From: Chiloscyllium plagiosum | Lineage: Eukaryota | Direction: 5' to 3' | Assembly: GCF_004010195.1 (NCBI RefSeq) | Contig: NC_057755.1 | Span: 11,058,385-11,078,384 of the forward strand | Length of the DNA: 20,000 nucleotides | Part shown: positions 1 through 10,727 of the stretch, in pieces | Numbering within the stretch: position 1 is the first letter of the stretch | How the letters are laid out: each line of letters opens with the position of its first letter | Position numbers and translations under genes: made by a program | Notes under the pieces: model-generated | The model's input: the letters and a program-made list of their open reading frames with translations, nothing else | Told to the model about the DNA's origin: nothing | Databases searched by the model: none

Positions 1-150
1 TATTGAAGGAGTGCCACCCATTCAAAGGTCAGTCCTGAGGTATTGTTGCACTTTCAGAGGGTCAGTTCTATGGGAGCGCCTCATTAGCAGATGGTCCGTT
101 CTGAGGCAGTCCCTCACTAGAAGGGGTCAGAGTCCCAAACTGTCAGGGGT
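1..150 (+). repeat. Degenerate ~33-bp tandem repeat (GTCAGT..TGAGGGAGTGCC..CACT-like)
   Basis: GGTCAG/GGTCCG recurs at roughly 33-bp spacing (about 27, 60, 92, 125); resembles a common shark tandem repeat recalled from memory. Confidence 0.45.
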
Positions 151-311
151 CCTTTTCAAGAGTAAACATTAATGGGAAATGTTTGTTTAGTATCTCCCTC
201 TTCTCCTACGGTTCCACACATTGATTGCCTTGCTATTCTTTCAGGGGCGCTATTCTCTCCCCAGTTACCCTTTTGACCTTAATGTATTTTTAGAATCCCT
301 TTGGATTCGCC

Positions 312-811
312 NNNNNNNNNNNNNNNNNNNNNNNNNNNNNNNNNNNNNNNNNNNNNNNNNNNNNNNNNNNNNNNNNNNNNNNNNNNNNNNNNNNNNNNNN
401 NNNNNNNNNNNNNNNNNNNNNNNNNNNNNNNNNNNNNNNNNNNNNNNNNNNNNNNNNNNNNNNNNNNNNNNNNNNNNNNNNNNNNNNNNNNNNNNNNNNN
501 NNNNNNNNNNNNNNNNNNNNNNNNNNNNNNNNNNNNNNNNNNNNNNNNNNNNNNNNNNNNNNNNNNNNNNNNNNNNNNNNNNNNNNNNNNNNNNNNNNNN
601 NNNNNNNNNNNNNNNNNNNNNNNNNNNNNNNNNNNNNNNNNNNNNNNNNNNNNNNNNNNNNNNNNNNNNNNNNNNNNNNNNNNNNNNNNNNNNNNNNNNN
701 NNNNNNNNNNNNNNNNNNNNNNNNNNNNNNNNNNNNNNNNNNNNNNNNNNNNNNNNNNNNNNNNNNNNNNNNNNNNNNNNNNNNNNNNNNNNNNNNNNNN
801 NNNNNNNNNNN
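312..811. other. Assembly gap (500 N)
   Basis: Run of N. Confidence 1.
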
Positions 812-2088
812 TCACTGTAACACTCTCTGACATACCCCATACTCCTCACTGTAAGACCCTCTGACATACCCCACATCCCTCACTGTAACTCTCTCTGATA
901 CGCCCCCACCCCTCACTGTAACACTCTCTGATATACCCCACACCCCTGACTGTCACTCTCTCTGAAATTTTCCCCATAACTCTCAGTGTAACACTCTCTG
1001 ACATACCCCACAGCCCTCACTGTAACACTCTCTGGAATACCCCACCCCCTCACTGTAACAATGTCTGACATACCCCATACCCCTCACTGTAACACTCTCT
1101 GACATACCCCACACCTCTCAGTGGCACACTCTCTGATATACCCCACACCCTCACTGTTACTATCTCTGACATACCCCACACCCCTCAGTGTAACCCTCTC
1201 CAACATACCCCCACACCCCTCACTGTAACACTCTCTGACATACCCTACAACCCTCAGTGTAACACTCTCTGACATACCCTACACCCCTCACTGTAACACT
1301 CTCTGACATACCCAACACCCCTCAGTGGCACACTCTCTGACATACCCCACACCCCTCACTGTATCATTCTCTGTCATACCCCACACCCCTCACTGTAACA
1401 CTCTGACACACCCACACCCCTCACTGTAACACTCTCTGATATAACCCACACCTCTCACTGTAACATTCTCTGACATAGCCCATACCCCTCACTGTAACAC
1501 TCTCTGACATACCCTACAACCCTCAGTGTAACACTCTCTGACATACCCTACAACCCTCAGTGTAACACTCTCTGACATACCCTACAACCCTCAGTGTAAC
1601 ACTCTCTGACATACCCTACAACCCTCAGTGTAACACTCTCTGACATACCCTACAACCCTCAGTGTAACACTCTCTGACATACCCTACAACCCTCAGTGTA
1701 ACACTCTCTGACATACCCTACAACCCTCAGTGTAACACTCTCTGACATACCCTACAACCCTCAGTGTAACACTCTCTGACATACCCTACAACCCTCAGTG
1801 TAACACTCTCTGACATACCCTACAACCCTCAGTGTAACACTCTCTGACATACCCTACAACCCTCAGTGTAACACTCTCTGACATACCCTACAACCCTCAC
1901 TCTCTTATATACCCCACACCCCTCGCTGCAACACTCTCTGATATACCCCTCACCCCTCACTGTAACATTCACTGATATACCCACACCCCTCACTGTAACA
2001 TTAAATGCTCTGACATTACCCACACCTCTCACTCTAACACTCTGTGACATACCCCACACCTCTCAGTGTCACATTCTCTGATGTCCCA
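812..2088 (+). repeat. 34-35-bp minisatellite (CAGTGTAACACTCTCTGACATACCCTACAACCCT), intronic upstream of the Deltex exon
   Basis: About 35 tandem units; a near-identical block at ~1493-1898 lies between more diverged units. Confidence 0.97.
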
Positions 2089-2154
2089 CACATATGGCAG
2101 TGTTACCCGGAGAATGTTGGGATCCCTGACCGTTAGTTTTGATCTATGTGACAG

Positions 2155-2244
2155 GGCCCTGATCACCCCCACCCAGGAATGAATTTCACCGCACGAGGAT
2201 TCCCACGACATTGTTACTTACCCGACAACGAAAAAGGCCGAGAG
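2155..2244 (+). CDS. DTX4: Deltex E3 ubiquitin ligase (DTX4-like), penultimate coding exon, DTC domain: [30 protein letters not shown]
   Basis: Manual translation matches the Deltex motif GPEHPNPG.x[18 protein letters not shown]; acceptor ACAG at 2151-2154, donor GTGAGA at 2245; 90 bp, phase 0/0, joins in frame with 7421. Confidence 0.95.
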
Positions 2245-2319
2245 GTGAGAGGGAAACGCTCCGTGACATTTTTGGTGCCGTTGGGAGAGATTTTCCAATG
2301 ACCCAACCTAGCGGGCACG

Positions 2320-5300
2320 TCCTGCCCTGGGAGAGTTTAATAGGAACAGTGCAGAGGGAGATACACTCTGTATCTAACCCCATGCTGTCCCTGTCCTGGG
2401 AGCATTTAATAGCAACAGTGCAGAGGGAGATTTACTCTGTATCTAACCCCGTGCTGTTTCTGTCCTGGGAGGGTTTAATAGCAACAGTGCAGAGGGAGAT
2501 TTAGTCTGTATCGAAACCTGCGCTGTCCCTGTCCTGCGACTGTTTAAGAGGAACAGTGCAGAGGGAGATTTCCTCTGTATCTAACCCCGTGCTGTCCCTG
2601 TCCTGGGAGTGTTTAATAGGAACAGTGCAGAGGGAGATTTACTCTGTACCTAACCCCGCGCTGCCCCTCTCCTGGGAGTGTTTATTAGGAACAGTGCAGA
2701 GGGAGCTTTACTCTGTACCTACCCCGTGCTGTCCCTGTCCTGGGAGTGTTTAATATGAACAGTGCAGAGGGAGATTTACTCTGAACCTAACCCCGTGCTG
2801 TCCCTGCCCTGGGAGTGTTTAATAGGAACAGTGCAGAGGGACATTTACTCTGTATCTAACCCTGTGCTGTTCCTGTCCTGGGAGTGTTTAACAGGAACAG
2901 TGCAGAGGGAGATTTACTCTATATCTAACCCCGTGCTGTTTCTGTCCTGGGAGGGTTTAATAGCAATAGTGCAGAGGGAGATTTATTCTGTATCTAATCC
3001 CGTGCTGTTTCTGTCCTGGGAGTGTTTAACAGGAACAGTGTAGAGGGTGATTTACTCTGTGTCTAACCACGTGCAGTCCCTGTCCTGGGAGTGTTTAATA
3101 GGAACAGTGCAGAGGGAGATTTGCTCAGTATCTGACCGCATGCTGTCCCCCTGTCCTGGGAGTGTTTAATACGAACAGTGCCGAGGGAGATTACTCTATA
3201 TCTCACCCCTGGCTGTCCCTGACCTGGGAGTGTTTAATAGGAACAGTGCAGAGGGAGATTTACTCTGTACCTAACCCCGTGCTGTCCTGTACTGGGAGTG
3301 TTTAATAGGAACAGTGCAGAGGGAGATTTACTCTGTACCTAACCCCGTGCTGTCCTGTCCTGGGAGTGTTTAATAGGAACAGTGCAGAGGGAGATTTGCT
3401 CAGTATCTGACCCCATGCTGTCCCTGTCCTGGGAGTGATTAAAAGGAACAGTGCAGAGGGACATTTACTCTGTATCTAACCCCGCGCTGTCCCTGACCTG
3501 GGAGTATTTAATAGGAACAGTGCAGAGGGAGATTTACTCTGTATGTAACCCCGTGCTGTTTCTGTCCTGGGAGTGTTTAATAGGAACAGTGCAGAGGGAG
3601 ATTTACTCTGTATCTAACCCCGTGCTGTTTCTGTCCTGGGAGAGTTTAATAGGAACAGTGCAGAGGGAGATTTACTCTGTACCTAACCCCGTGCTATCCC
3701 TGTACTGGGAGTGTTTAATAAGAACGGTGCGGAGGGAGATTTACTCTGTATCTAACCCCATGCTGTCCCTGTCCTGCGACTGTTTAATAGGAACAGTGCA
3801 GAGGGAGATTTACTCTGTATCTAACCCCATGCTGTCCCTGTCCTGGGAGCATTTAATAGCAACAGTGAAGAGGGAGATTTACTCTGTATCTAACCCTGTG
3901 CTGTTCCTGTCCTGGGAGTGTTTAACAGGAACCGCGCAGAGGGAGATTTGCTCAGTATCTGACCCCATGCTGTTCCTGCCCTGGGAGTGTTTAATAGGAA
4001 CAGTGCAGAGGGAGATTTACTCTGTATCTAACCCCGTGCTGTCCCTGTCCTGGGTGTGTTTAACAGGAACAGTGCAGAAGGAGATTTACTCTGTGTCTAA
4101 CCCCGTGCTNNNNNNNNNNNNNNNNNNNNNNNNNNNNNNNNNNNNNNNNNNNNNNNNNNNNNNNNNNNNNNNNNNNNNNNNNNNNNNNNNNNNNNNNNNN
4201 NNNNNNNNNNNNNNNNNNNNNNNNNNNNNNNNNNNNNNNNNNNNNNNNNNNNNNNNNNNNNNNNNNNNNNNNNNNNNNNNNNNNNNNNNNNNNNNNNNNN
4301 NNNNNNNNNNNNNNNNNNNNCCTGGGAGTGTTTAATAGGAACAGTGCAGAGGGAGGTTTACTCTGGATCTAACCCCGTGCTGTCCCTGTCCTGGGTGTGT
4401 TTAACAGGAACAGTGCAGAAGGAGATTTACTCTGTGTCTAACCCCGTGCTGTCCCTGTCCTGGGAGTGTTTAATCGGAACAGTGCAGAGGGAGATTTGCT
4501 CAGTATTAGACCGCGTGCTGTCCCTGTCCTGGGAGTGTTTAATACGAACAGTGCCGAGGGAGATTTACTCTGTATCTAACCCCGTGCTGTCCCTGTCCTG
4601 GGAGTGTTTTATAGGAACAGTGCAGAGGGAGATTTACTCTGTATCTAACCCCGTGATGTCCCTGTCCTGGGAGTGTTTTATAGGAACAGTGCAGTGGGAG
4701 ATTTTCTCAGTATCTGACCGCGTGCTGTCCTTGTCCTGGGAGTGTTTAATAGGAACAGTGCAGAGGGAGATTTACTCTGTACCTAACCCCACGCTGTCCC
4801 TCTCCTGGGAATGTTTAATAGGAACAGTGCAGAGGGAGTTTTACTCTGCATCTAACCCCGTGCTGTCCCTGTGCTGGGAGTGTTTAACAGGAACAGTGTG
4901 GCGGGAGATTTACTCTGTACCTGACCCCACGCTGTCCCTGTCCTGGGAGAGTTTAATAGGAACTTGCAGGGGAAGATTTACTCTGTACCTAACCCCGTGC
5001 TGTCCCTATCCTGGGAGAGTTTAATAGGAACAGTGCAGAGGGAGATTCACTCTGTACCTAATCCCGTTCTGTCGCTGTCCTGGGAGTGTTTCATTGGAAC
5101 AGTGCAGAGCGAGATTTACTCTGTATCTAACCCCGTGCTGTCCCTGTCCTGGGAGTGTTTCATTGGAACAGTGCAGAGGGAGATTTACTCTGAACACTAA
5201 CCCGGTGCTGTTCCTGTCCTGGGAGTGTTTAATAGGAACAGTGCAGAGGGAGATTTACTCTGTATCTAACCCCACACTGTACCTTTCCTGGGAGTGTTTA

Positions 5301-6265
5301 ATAGGAACAGTGCAGAGGGAGATTTACTCTGTATCTAACCCTGTGCTGTCCCCGTCCTGGGAGCGTTTAACAGGAACAGTGCAGAGGGAGATGTACTCTG
5401 TACCTAACCCCGTGCTATCCCTGTCCTGGGAATGTTTAACAGGAACAGTGCAGAGGGAGATTTACTCTGTATCTAACCCCGCGCTGTCCCTGTCCTGGGA
5501 GTGTTTGATAGGAACAGTGCAGAGGGAGATAAACACTGTATCTAACCCTGCAGTTTCCAAGTGCTCGGAGTGTTTAATAGGAACAGTGCAGAGGGAGATT
5601 TACTCTGTATCTAACCCTGCCCCACGCTGTCCCTGTCCTGGGAGTGTTTAATAGGAACAGTGCAGAGGGAGATTTACTCTGTACCTAACCCTGTGCTATC
5701 CCTGTCCTGGGAGTGTTTTATATGAACAGTGCCGAGGGAGATTACTCTATATCTAACCCCGCGCTGTCCCTGACCTGGGAGTGTTTAATAGGAACAGTGC
5801 AGAGGGAGATTTACTCTGTACCTAACCCTGTGCTATCCCTGTCCTGGGAGTGTTTTATATGAACAGTGCCGAGGGAGATTACTCTATATCTAACCCTGCG
5901 CTGTCCCTGACCTGGGAGTGTTTAATAGGAACAGTGCAGAGGGAGATTTACTCTGTATCTGACCCCGTGCTGTCCCTGTCCTGGGAGTGTTTAATAGGAA
6001 CTTGCAGAGGGAAATTTACTCTTTATCGAACCCCGTACTGTCCCTGCCCTGGGAGTGTTTAATAGGAAAAGTGCAGAGGGAGACTTAGTCTGTATCTAAC
6101 CCCGTGCTGTCGCTGTCCTGCGAGTGTTTTATAGGAACAGTGCAGAGGGAGATTTACTCTGTACCTAGCTCCACGCTCTCCCTGTCCTGGGAGTGTTTAA
6201 TGGGAATAGTGCAGAGGGAGATTTACTCTGTATCTAACACCGTGCTGTCCCTGCCCTGGGAGTGT
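2320..6265 (+). repeat. 69-bp minisatellite (GGAACAGTGCAGAGGGAGATTTACTCTGTATCTAACCCCGTGCTGTCCCTGTCCTGGGAGTGTTTAATA) in the last DTX4 intron
   Basis: About 54 sequenced tandem units plus an internal gap; explains the repetitive QREIYSVSNPVLSLSWECLIGTV ORFs. Confidence 0.98.
4110..4320. other. Assembly gap (211 N) inside the 69-bp array
   Basis: Run of N. Confidence 1.
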
Positions 6266-6885
6266 CAACAGGGATACACAGAGACACACACACACACACG
6301 CAGGGTCAACAGGGACACACACACATACACAGGGTGAGCAGGGACGCACACAGAGACACACTCACATACACAGGTTCAACACGGACACACAGAGAGACAC
6401 ACACACACAGTGTCAACAGGGACACACACAGACACACGCACAGGGTTAACAGTAACGCACAGAGACACACGCATATACAGGGTCAACAGGGACGCACAGA
6501 GACACACGCATATACAGGGTCAACAGGGACGCACAGAGACACACACACACAGACAGGGTCAACAGGGACACACAGGATTAAATGGGACACACAGAGACAC
6601 ACACACACACAAACACGGTCACCATGACACATGGAGACACGCACACACACACACACACACTCACAGGTCAACAGGGACACACAGAGAGACACACACACAC
6701 AGTGTCAACAGGGACACACACAGACACACACACAGGGTTAACAGTAACGCACAGAGACACACGCATATACAGGGTCAACAGGGACGCACAGAGACACACG
6801 CATATACAGGGTCAACAGGGACGCACAGAGACACACACACACAGACAGGGTCAACAGGGACACACAGGATTAAATGGGACACACA

Positions 6886-7086
6886 AGACAGGAGTGTTCC
6901 CTCCCAGATGGGGAACACTTCAGTGGTCCAGGACATTCGACCTCGGACCTTCGGGTGACCATCCTCCAAGGCGGACTTTGGTACAGGCAGCAGTGAAAAG
7001 TGGCTGAACTGAGGCTGATAGCTAAGTTCGGTACCCATAGGGAGGGCCTCAACCGGGACCTTGGGTTCATGTCACATTACAGGTGA
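6886..7086 (+). mobile_element. Penelope-like element remnant: C-terminus of the GIY-YIG endonuclease, pseudogenised
   Basis: Manual translation RQECSLPDGEHFSGPGHSTSDLRVTILQGGLWYRQQ*KVAELRLIAKFGTHREGLNRDLGFMSHYR*; the HF..GH...DL.V.IL / E..LI.KF.T...GLN pattern is typical of PLE GIY-YIG ends; internal TGA at 6994-6996. Confidence 0.8.
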
Positions 7087-7223
7087 CCACCATACACACG
7101 CACACACACACACAGGCACACACAGGGTCAACAGGGACACACACACACAGGGTCAACAGGGACACACACACACAGGGTCATATACGCACACATACACACA
7201 CAGGGTCAACAGGGACACACAAA

Positions 7224-7281
7224 TTCTGGATTAGTGGTGCTGGAAGAGCACAGCAGTTCAGGCAGCATCCAAGGAGCTTCG
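7224..7281 (+). mobile_element. Short fragment of a shark Penelope-associated terminal repeat
   Basis: GATTAGTGGTGCTGGAAGAGCACAGCAGTTCAGGCAGCATCCAAGGAGCTTCG; similar GCTGGA...CAGCAG..C.GGCAGCATC motifs at 12565-12635 (minus) and 18077-18112. Confidence 0.55.
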
Positions 7282-7340
7282 GGACACACAGAGACACACA
7301 AACATACACAGAGGGAGAGAGACACACACACACACACAGA

Positions 7341-7382
7341 CTCTCTCTCTCTTTCTATCTCTCTCTCTCTCTCTCTCTCTCT
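7341..7382 (+). repeat. (CT)n microsatellite upstream of the last-exon acceptor
   Basis: Seen directly. Confidence 0.95.
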
Positions 7383-7420
7383 GTTGGGTGAATGATCTGT
7401 TTCTGTCTGGCCCTGGGTAG

Positions 7421-7633
7421 GTGCTGAGGTTACTGCTGGTGGCCTGGGACCGAAGGTTAATCTTCGCCATTGGGACATCCAGCACGACGGGAGAGACAGA
7501 CACGGTTGTCTGGAACGAGATCCATCACAAGACGGAGTTTGGCTCGAATCTGACTGGACACGGCTACCCAGACTGTAACTACCTGGAGAACGTCTGGGCA
7601 GAACTGAGGGCCCAGGGGATCAGCGACGATTAG
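7421..7633 (+). CDS. DTX4: Deltex E3 ubiquitin ligase (DTX4-like), last coding exon, DTC domain, stop TAG
   Basis: [90 protein letters not shown] fits DTX4 better than DTX1 (ITAWERRLIFTIGTSN) or DTX2 (KVAWKRRLIFTVG). Acceptor TAG at 7418-7420, so GTG is Val, not a start. Confidence 0.95.
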   Translation: MLRLLLVAWDRRLIFAIGTSSTTGETDTVVWNEIHHKTEFGSNLTGHGYPDCNYLENVWAELRAQGISDD

Positions 7634-8099
7634 GGCTGTGTTAGGGGAGGGGGCAGAGAGCGACCGAGGGAGGGACATGCTGCGAGTGAGCTGGTGTCAG
7701 AGAATAGAGGGAATTGTGAGAGTGTGGGGCACAGAAGGAGAGAGAGAGAGAGTGTGTTGTGGCGGAGAGAGAGAGAGAGACAGAGCACCTTAGGAAGGAG
7801 TGGACACGGTGAGGGAGGGACTGACCAACTGAATCCTGACCCCTCTCTCTCTCTTTCTCTACATTAACCCCGAACATCCCACAGCCAGGCAACTCCTGTG
7901 TTCAGCCAGCGCAGTCTGGGAGATCTGGTTTGACTGAAGAGTGTCATAGCATGAGAGGGTCCCTCCAGGACTTTGATTCCTGAGACGTTAAACTGATAGC
8001 ACGCAGGTAAACTTTGTAAAACAGAGCTCACGGATTTTAGTTTCGGAAGAAAGGTGAAGGATTTCACTTGATCAATGAGATGTAGATTACAAATTGTGA

Positions 8100-9205
8100 A
8101 AGCTGATTTCCTCTGCCCATCCCCTCTCTCTAACCCAGGGATCACTGGGCAGGAATCAGGAGCAGGAACCCTGGCTGATTTCCCCTCTCTCTAACCCAGG
8201 GGATCACTGGGCAGGGATCAGGAGCAGGAACCCTGGCTGATTTCTCCTCTCTCTCTCTCTCTCTAACCCAGGGGATCACTGGGCAGTGATAAGGAGCAGG
8301 ATCCCTGGCTGATTTCCCCTCTCTCTCTATCTAACCCAGGGGATCACTGGGGAGTGATCAGGAGCAGGATCCCTGGCTGATTTCCCCTCTCTCTCTCTCT
8401 CTAACCCAGGGGATCACTGGGCTGTGATAAGGAGCAGGATCCCTGGCTGATTTCTCCTCTGTCTCTCTCACCCAACTTCGTCTGAAAGCAAAACTAAAAA
8501 CCCTGGGTCAATTGGGGCGTGACCCCCCCCCCCCCTGCAGTGATCAGGAGCAGGAACCCTGGCTGATTTCCCCTCTGTCTCTCTCTCTAACCCAGGAATC
8601 ACTGGGCACTGATCAGGAGCAGGAACCCTGGCTGATTTCTCCTCCCTCTAACCCAGGGATCACTGGGCAGTGATCAGGAGCAGGGACCCTGGCTGATTTC
8701 CCCTCTGTCTCTCTCTCTAACCCAGGGATCACTGGGCAGGGATCAGGAGCAGGAACCCTGGCTGATTTCCCCTCTGTCTCTCTCTCTAACCCAGGGATCA
8801 CTGGGCAGTGATCAGGAGCAGGAACCCTGGCTGATTTCTCCTTTCTCTCTCTCTCTCTCTCTCTCTAACCCAGGGATCACTGGGCAGTGATAAGGAGCAG
8901 GATCCCTGGCTGATTTCTCCTCTGTCTCTCTCTCTCTAACCCAGGAGATCACTGGGCAGTGATCAGGAGCAGGAACCCTGGCTGATTTCCCCTCTCTCTA
9001 ACCGAGGGATCACTGGGCAGTGATCAGGAGCAGGAACCCTGGCTGATTTCTCCTTTCTCTCTCTCTCTCTCTCTCTAAGCCAGGGATCACTGGGCAGTGA
9101 TAAGGAGCAGGATCCCTGGCTGATTTCTCCTCTGTCTCTCTCACCCAACTTCGTCTGAAAGTAAAACTAAAAACCCTGGGTCAGTTGGGGCGTGACCCCG
9201 CCCCT
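8100..9205 (+). repeat. ~60-78-bp tandem repeat with embedded variable (CT)n: CTAACCCAGGGATCACTGGGCAGTGATCAGGAGCAGGAACCCTGGCTGATTTCCCCT(CT)n
   Basis: About 14-15 units in two sub-arrays, each ending in the same ~65-bp unique tail. Confidence 0.95.
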
Positions 9206-10361
9206 CACTGATCCCTCCTTGTCCCTAAATAGAAACGCTCTGGAAGTTCAATGCTGTTTGCCCACTGCCTCTGGAGCAGGAGTTACAGGCCAAAGTGTGG
9301 CATCATCTCTCTGAAAGAGGAGCAGCACAGAACAAATCCCTCTTCAAGGCACAGTATGGATTCCAACCATTCCCCGCTGTTCCAGTGAAGAGATTTTTCC
9401 TCTTCTCTGTCCTTGCTCCTGGTCATTTCTGCTCCCTCACCCCCACCACCCCTCCTCCCCTCTTCCCTCCTCCCCATAACGGAGACGGGGACATGTGGGG
9501 AATTTGCTTCCCAATGTCCCGTCGTCCACTCAGCTCGGAATGAGATCTTCCGTTCCACTCTCGGCCATGGGAACCTTGGCCAATTTACCTCCACCCAGCC
9601 TCCTTCCAGGACCCTTCCCCTCTCTGCTATCCCAGTTTTCCATCTCTCTCCAGTCCCTCGAGCCAGTCACCACTTCCCACAGCTCCCCCGTCCATTCAGG
9701 AACGCGGCGGCTATTAAACGCTGCGGACGGGCTAAAAGGGAGCCGAGTGATCACAGCAAGATGTCTCCGCTGGGGACTGGAGACCCTGGGAAGGTCAGTG
9801 AGGGGGGAACAGACTGTGAGAGGGAGGCGGAGGAGGGAGTTAGGGGGAGGAATTCCGAGGGGACGGAGCAGGGAGTGGAGTGGTTGAGGCGGTGGAGGAA
9901 GTGAGAGTGAGCGATGGAGGGACGAGGAAGTGGGGGAGGGGTGGGGGAGAGCGAGGGATGAGGGTATGTAAGGGTTGAGGGGGCCAGGGAAAGGGAGTGA
10001 GATGGCGAGGGTGAGTTGAGGGAGCGAAGATATTGAGGGATGGAGAGAGTGAAGGTGGGGAGTGTGTGTGTGAGTTTGGTGGAGATGGGGAGAGTAGTGT
10101 TTGGGAAGGGTACTTCTGAGTGAAATGTGGGAAGGGTTGCTATGGGGTTAATGATATCGCTGTCGGGGAGAGTTTAGAAATAGTTTCATTTTAAGAAGAT
10201 AAAAATGAGAGTAGGTTGAGAAGTTTTTAACGCGTGAATTGGAGACAGAGTAATTGGGATCAGACTGTGTACTCGATCTGGCTTCAAGGCCCTGTGTTTG
10301 CCAGGGTGCCTGGGAGCAGGTGAACCTCCACACTGTGTTGTAAATAGACACTTGTACACCA

Positions 10362-10372
10362 AATAAAATAAA
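10362..10372 (+). promoter_or_regulatory. Overlapping tandem polyadenylation signals (AATAAAATAAA), probable DTX4 poly(A) signal
   Basis: AATAAA at 10362-10367 and 10367-10372, preceded by two TGTA (CFIm-type) motifs within ~25 nt. Confidence 0.6.
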
Positions 10373-10727
10373 ACCACCTTTCAGACGCAGAGCGGATGGA
10401 CCACTCATGTCTGGCTCTCACCTTCCCTCGCTTGGGAAATGTTTCAAAAATCCCTCAGGCCAAGGGTTTGCGCTCTCCAAATCGGGGCGCACAAGACCGA
10501 GCTCAATTTCTATGGCACCTGTCACAAGCTCAGGCCGTGGCACAGGGCTTGGCAAACATTGGGATCCTTTGTCTGAAGTCTCAGTGCCACATTAACCTGG
10601 CAACATTGCTCCAGGAGCAGACATACCCAACTAACCACCCCACCCCCTTTCCTCCCCAATGGGCTGCCTGATACCCCTCATTCCCCTAGTGTCACCTGAC
10701 ACAGACTCATAACAGGCACCTCAATCC

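Larger units (their letters stand above)
6262..7340 (+). repeat. CA-rich compound repeat (CAGGGTCAACAGGGAC + (CA)n), interrupted by retroelement fragments
   Basis: Recurrent GTCAACAGGGAC separated by CA runs; internal ~211-bp duplication (6383-6593 and 6675-6885). Confidence 0.93.
7634..10390 (+). other. Putative DTX4 3'UTR
   Basis: Runs from the stop codon to the first canonical AATAAA I found downstream; inference only. Confidence 0.55.

Noticed and set aside
221..876. Long ORFs over the N run
   Set aside because: Artefacts of the assembly gap
2211..6337. Repetitive ORFs up to 294 aa (QREIYSVSNPVL...)
   Set aside because: Translation of a 69-bp minisatellite with frameshifts and stops between units, inside an intron
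7224..7281. Hammerhead ribozyme in the Penelope-associated fragments
   Set aside because: No CTGANGA...GAAA core with flanking stems found here or at 12033-12145
6262..7391. His/Thr-rich ORFs
   Set aside because: Translation of CA repeats
8100..9140. CRISPR-like appearance (palindromic repeat with variable spacing)
   Set aside because: The 'spacers' are only (CT)n length variants; vertebrate context and no cas genes
2320..9140. Telomere-like CTAACCC in both the 69-bp and ~60-bp units
   Set aside because: Only one hexamer per unit, never tandem; compatible with chance
9283..9904. ORFs of 74-163 aa on both strands
   Set aside because: No recognisable domain; low-complexity GC-rich sequence in the probable UTR
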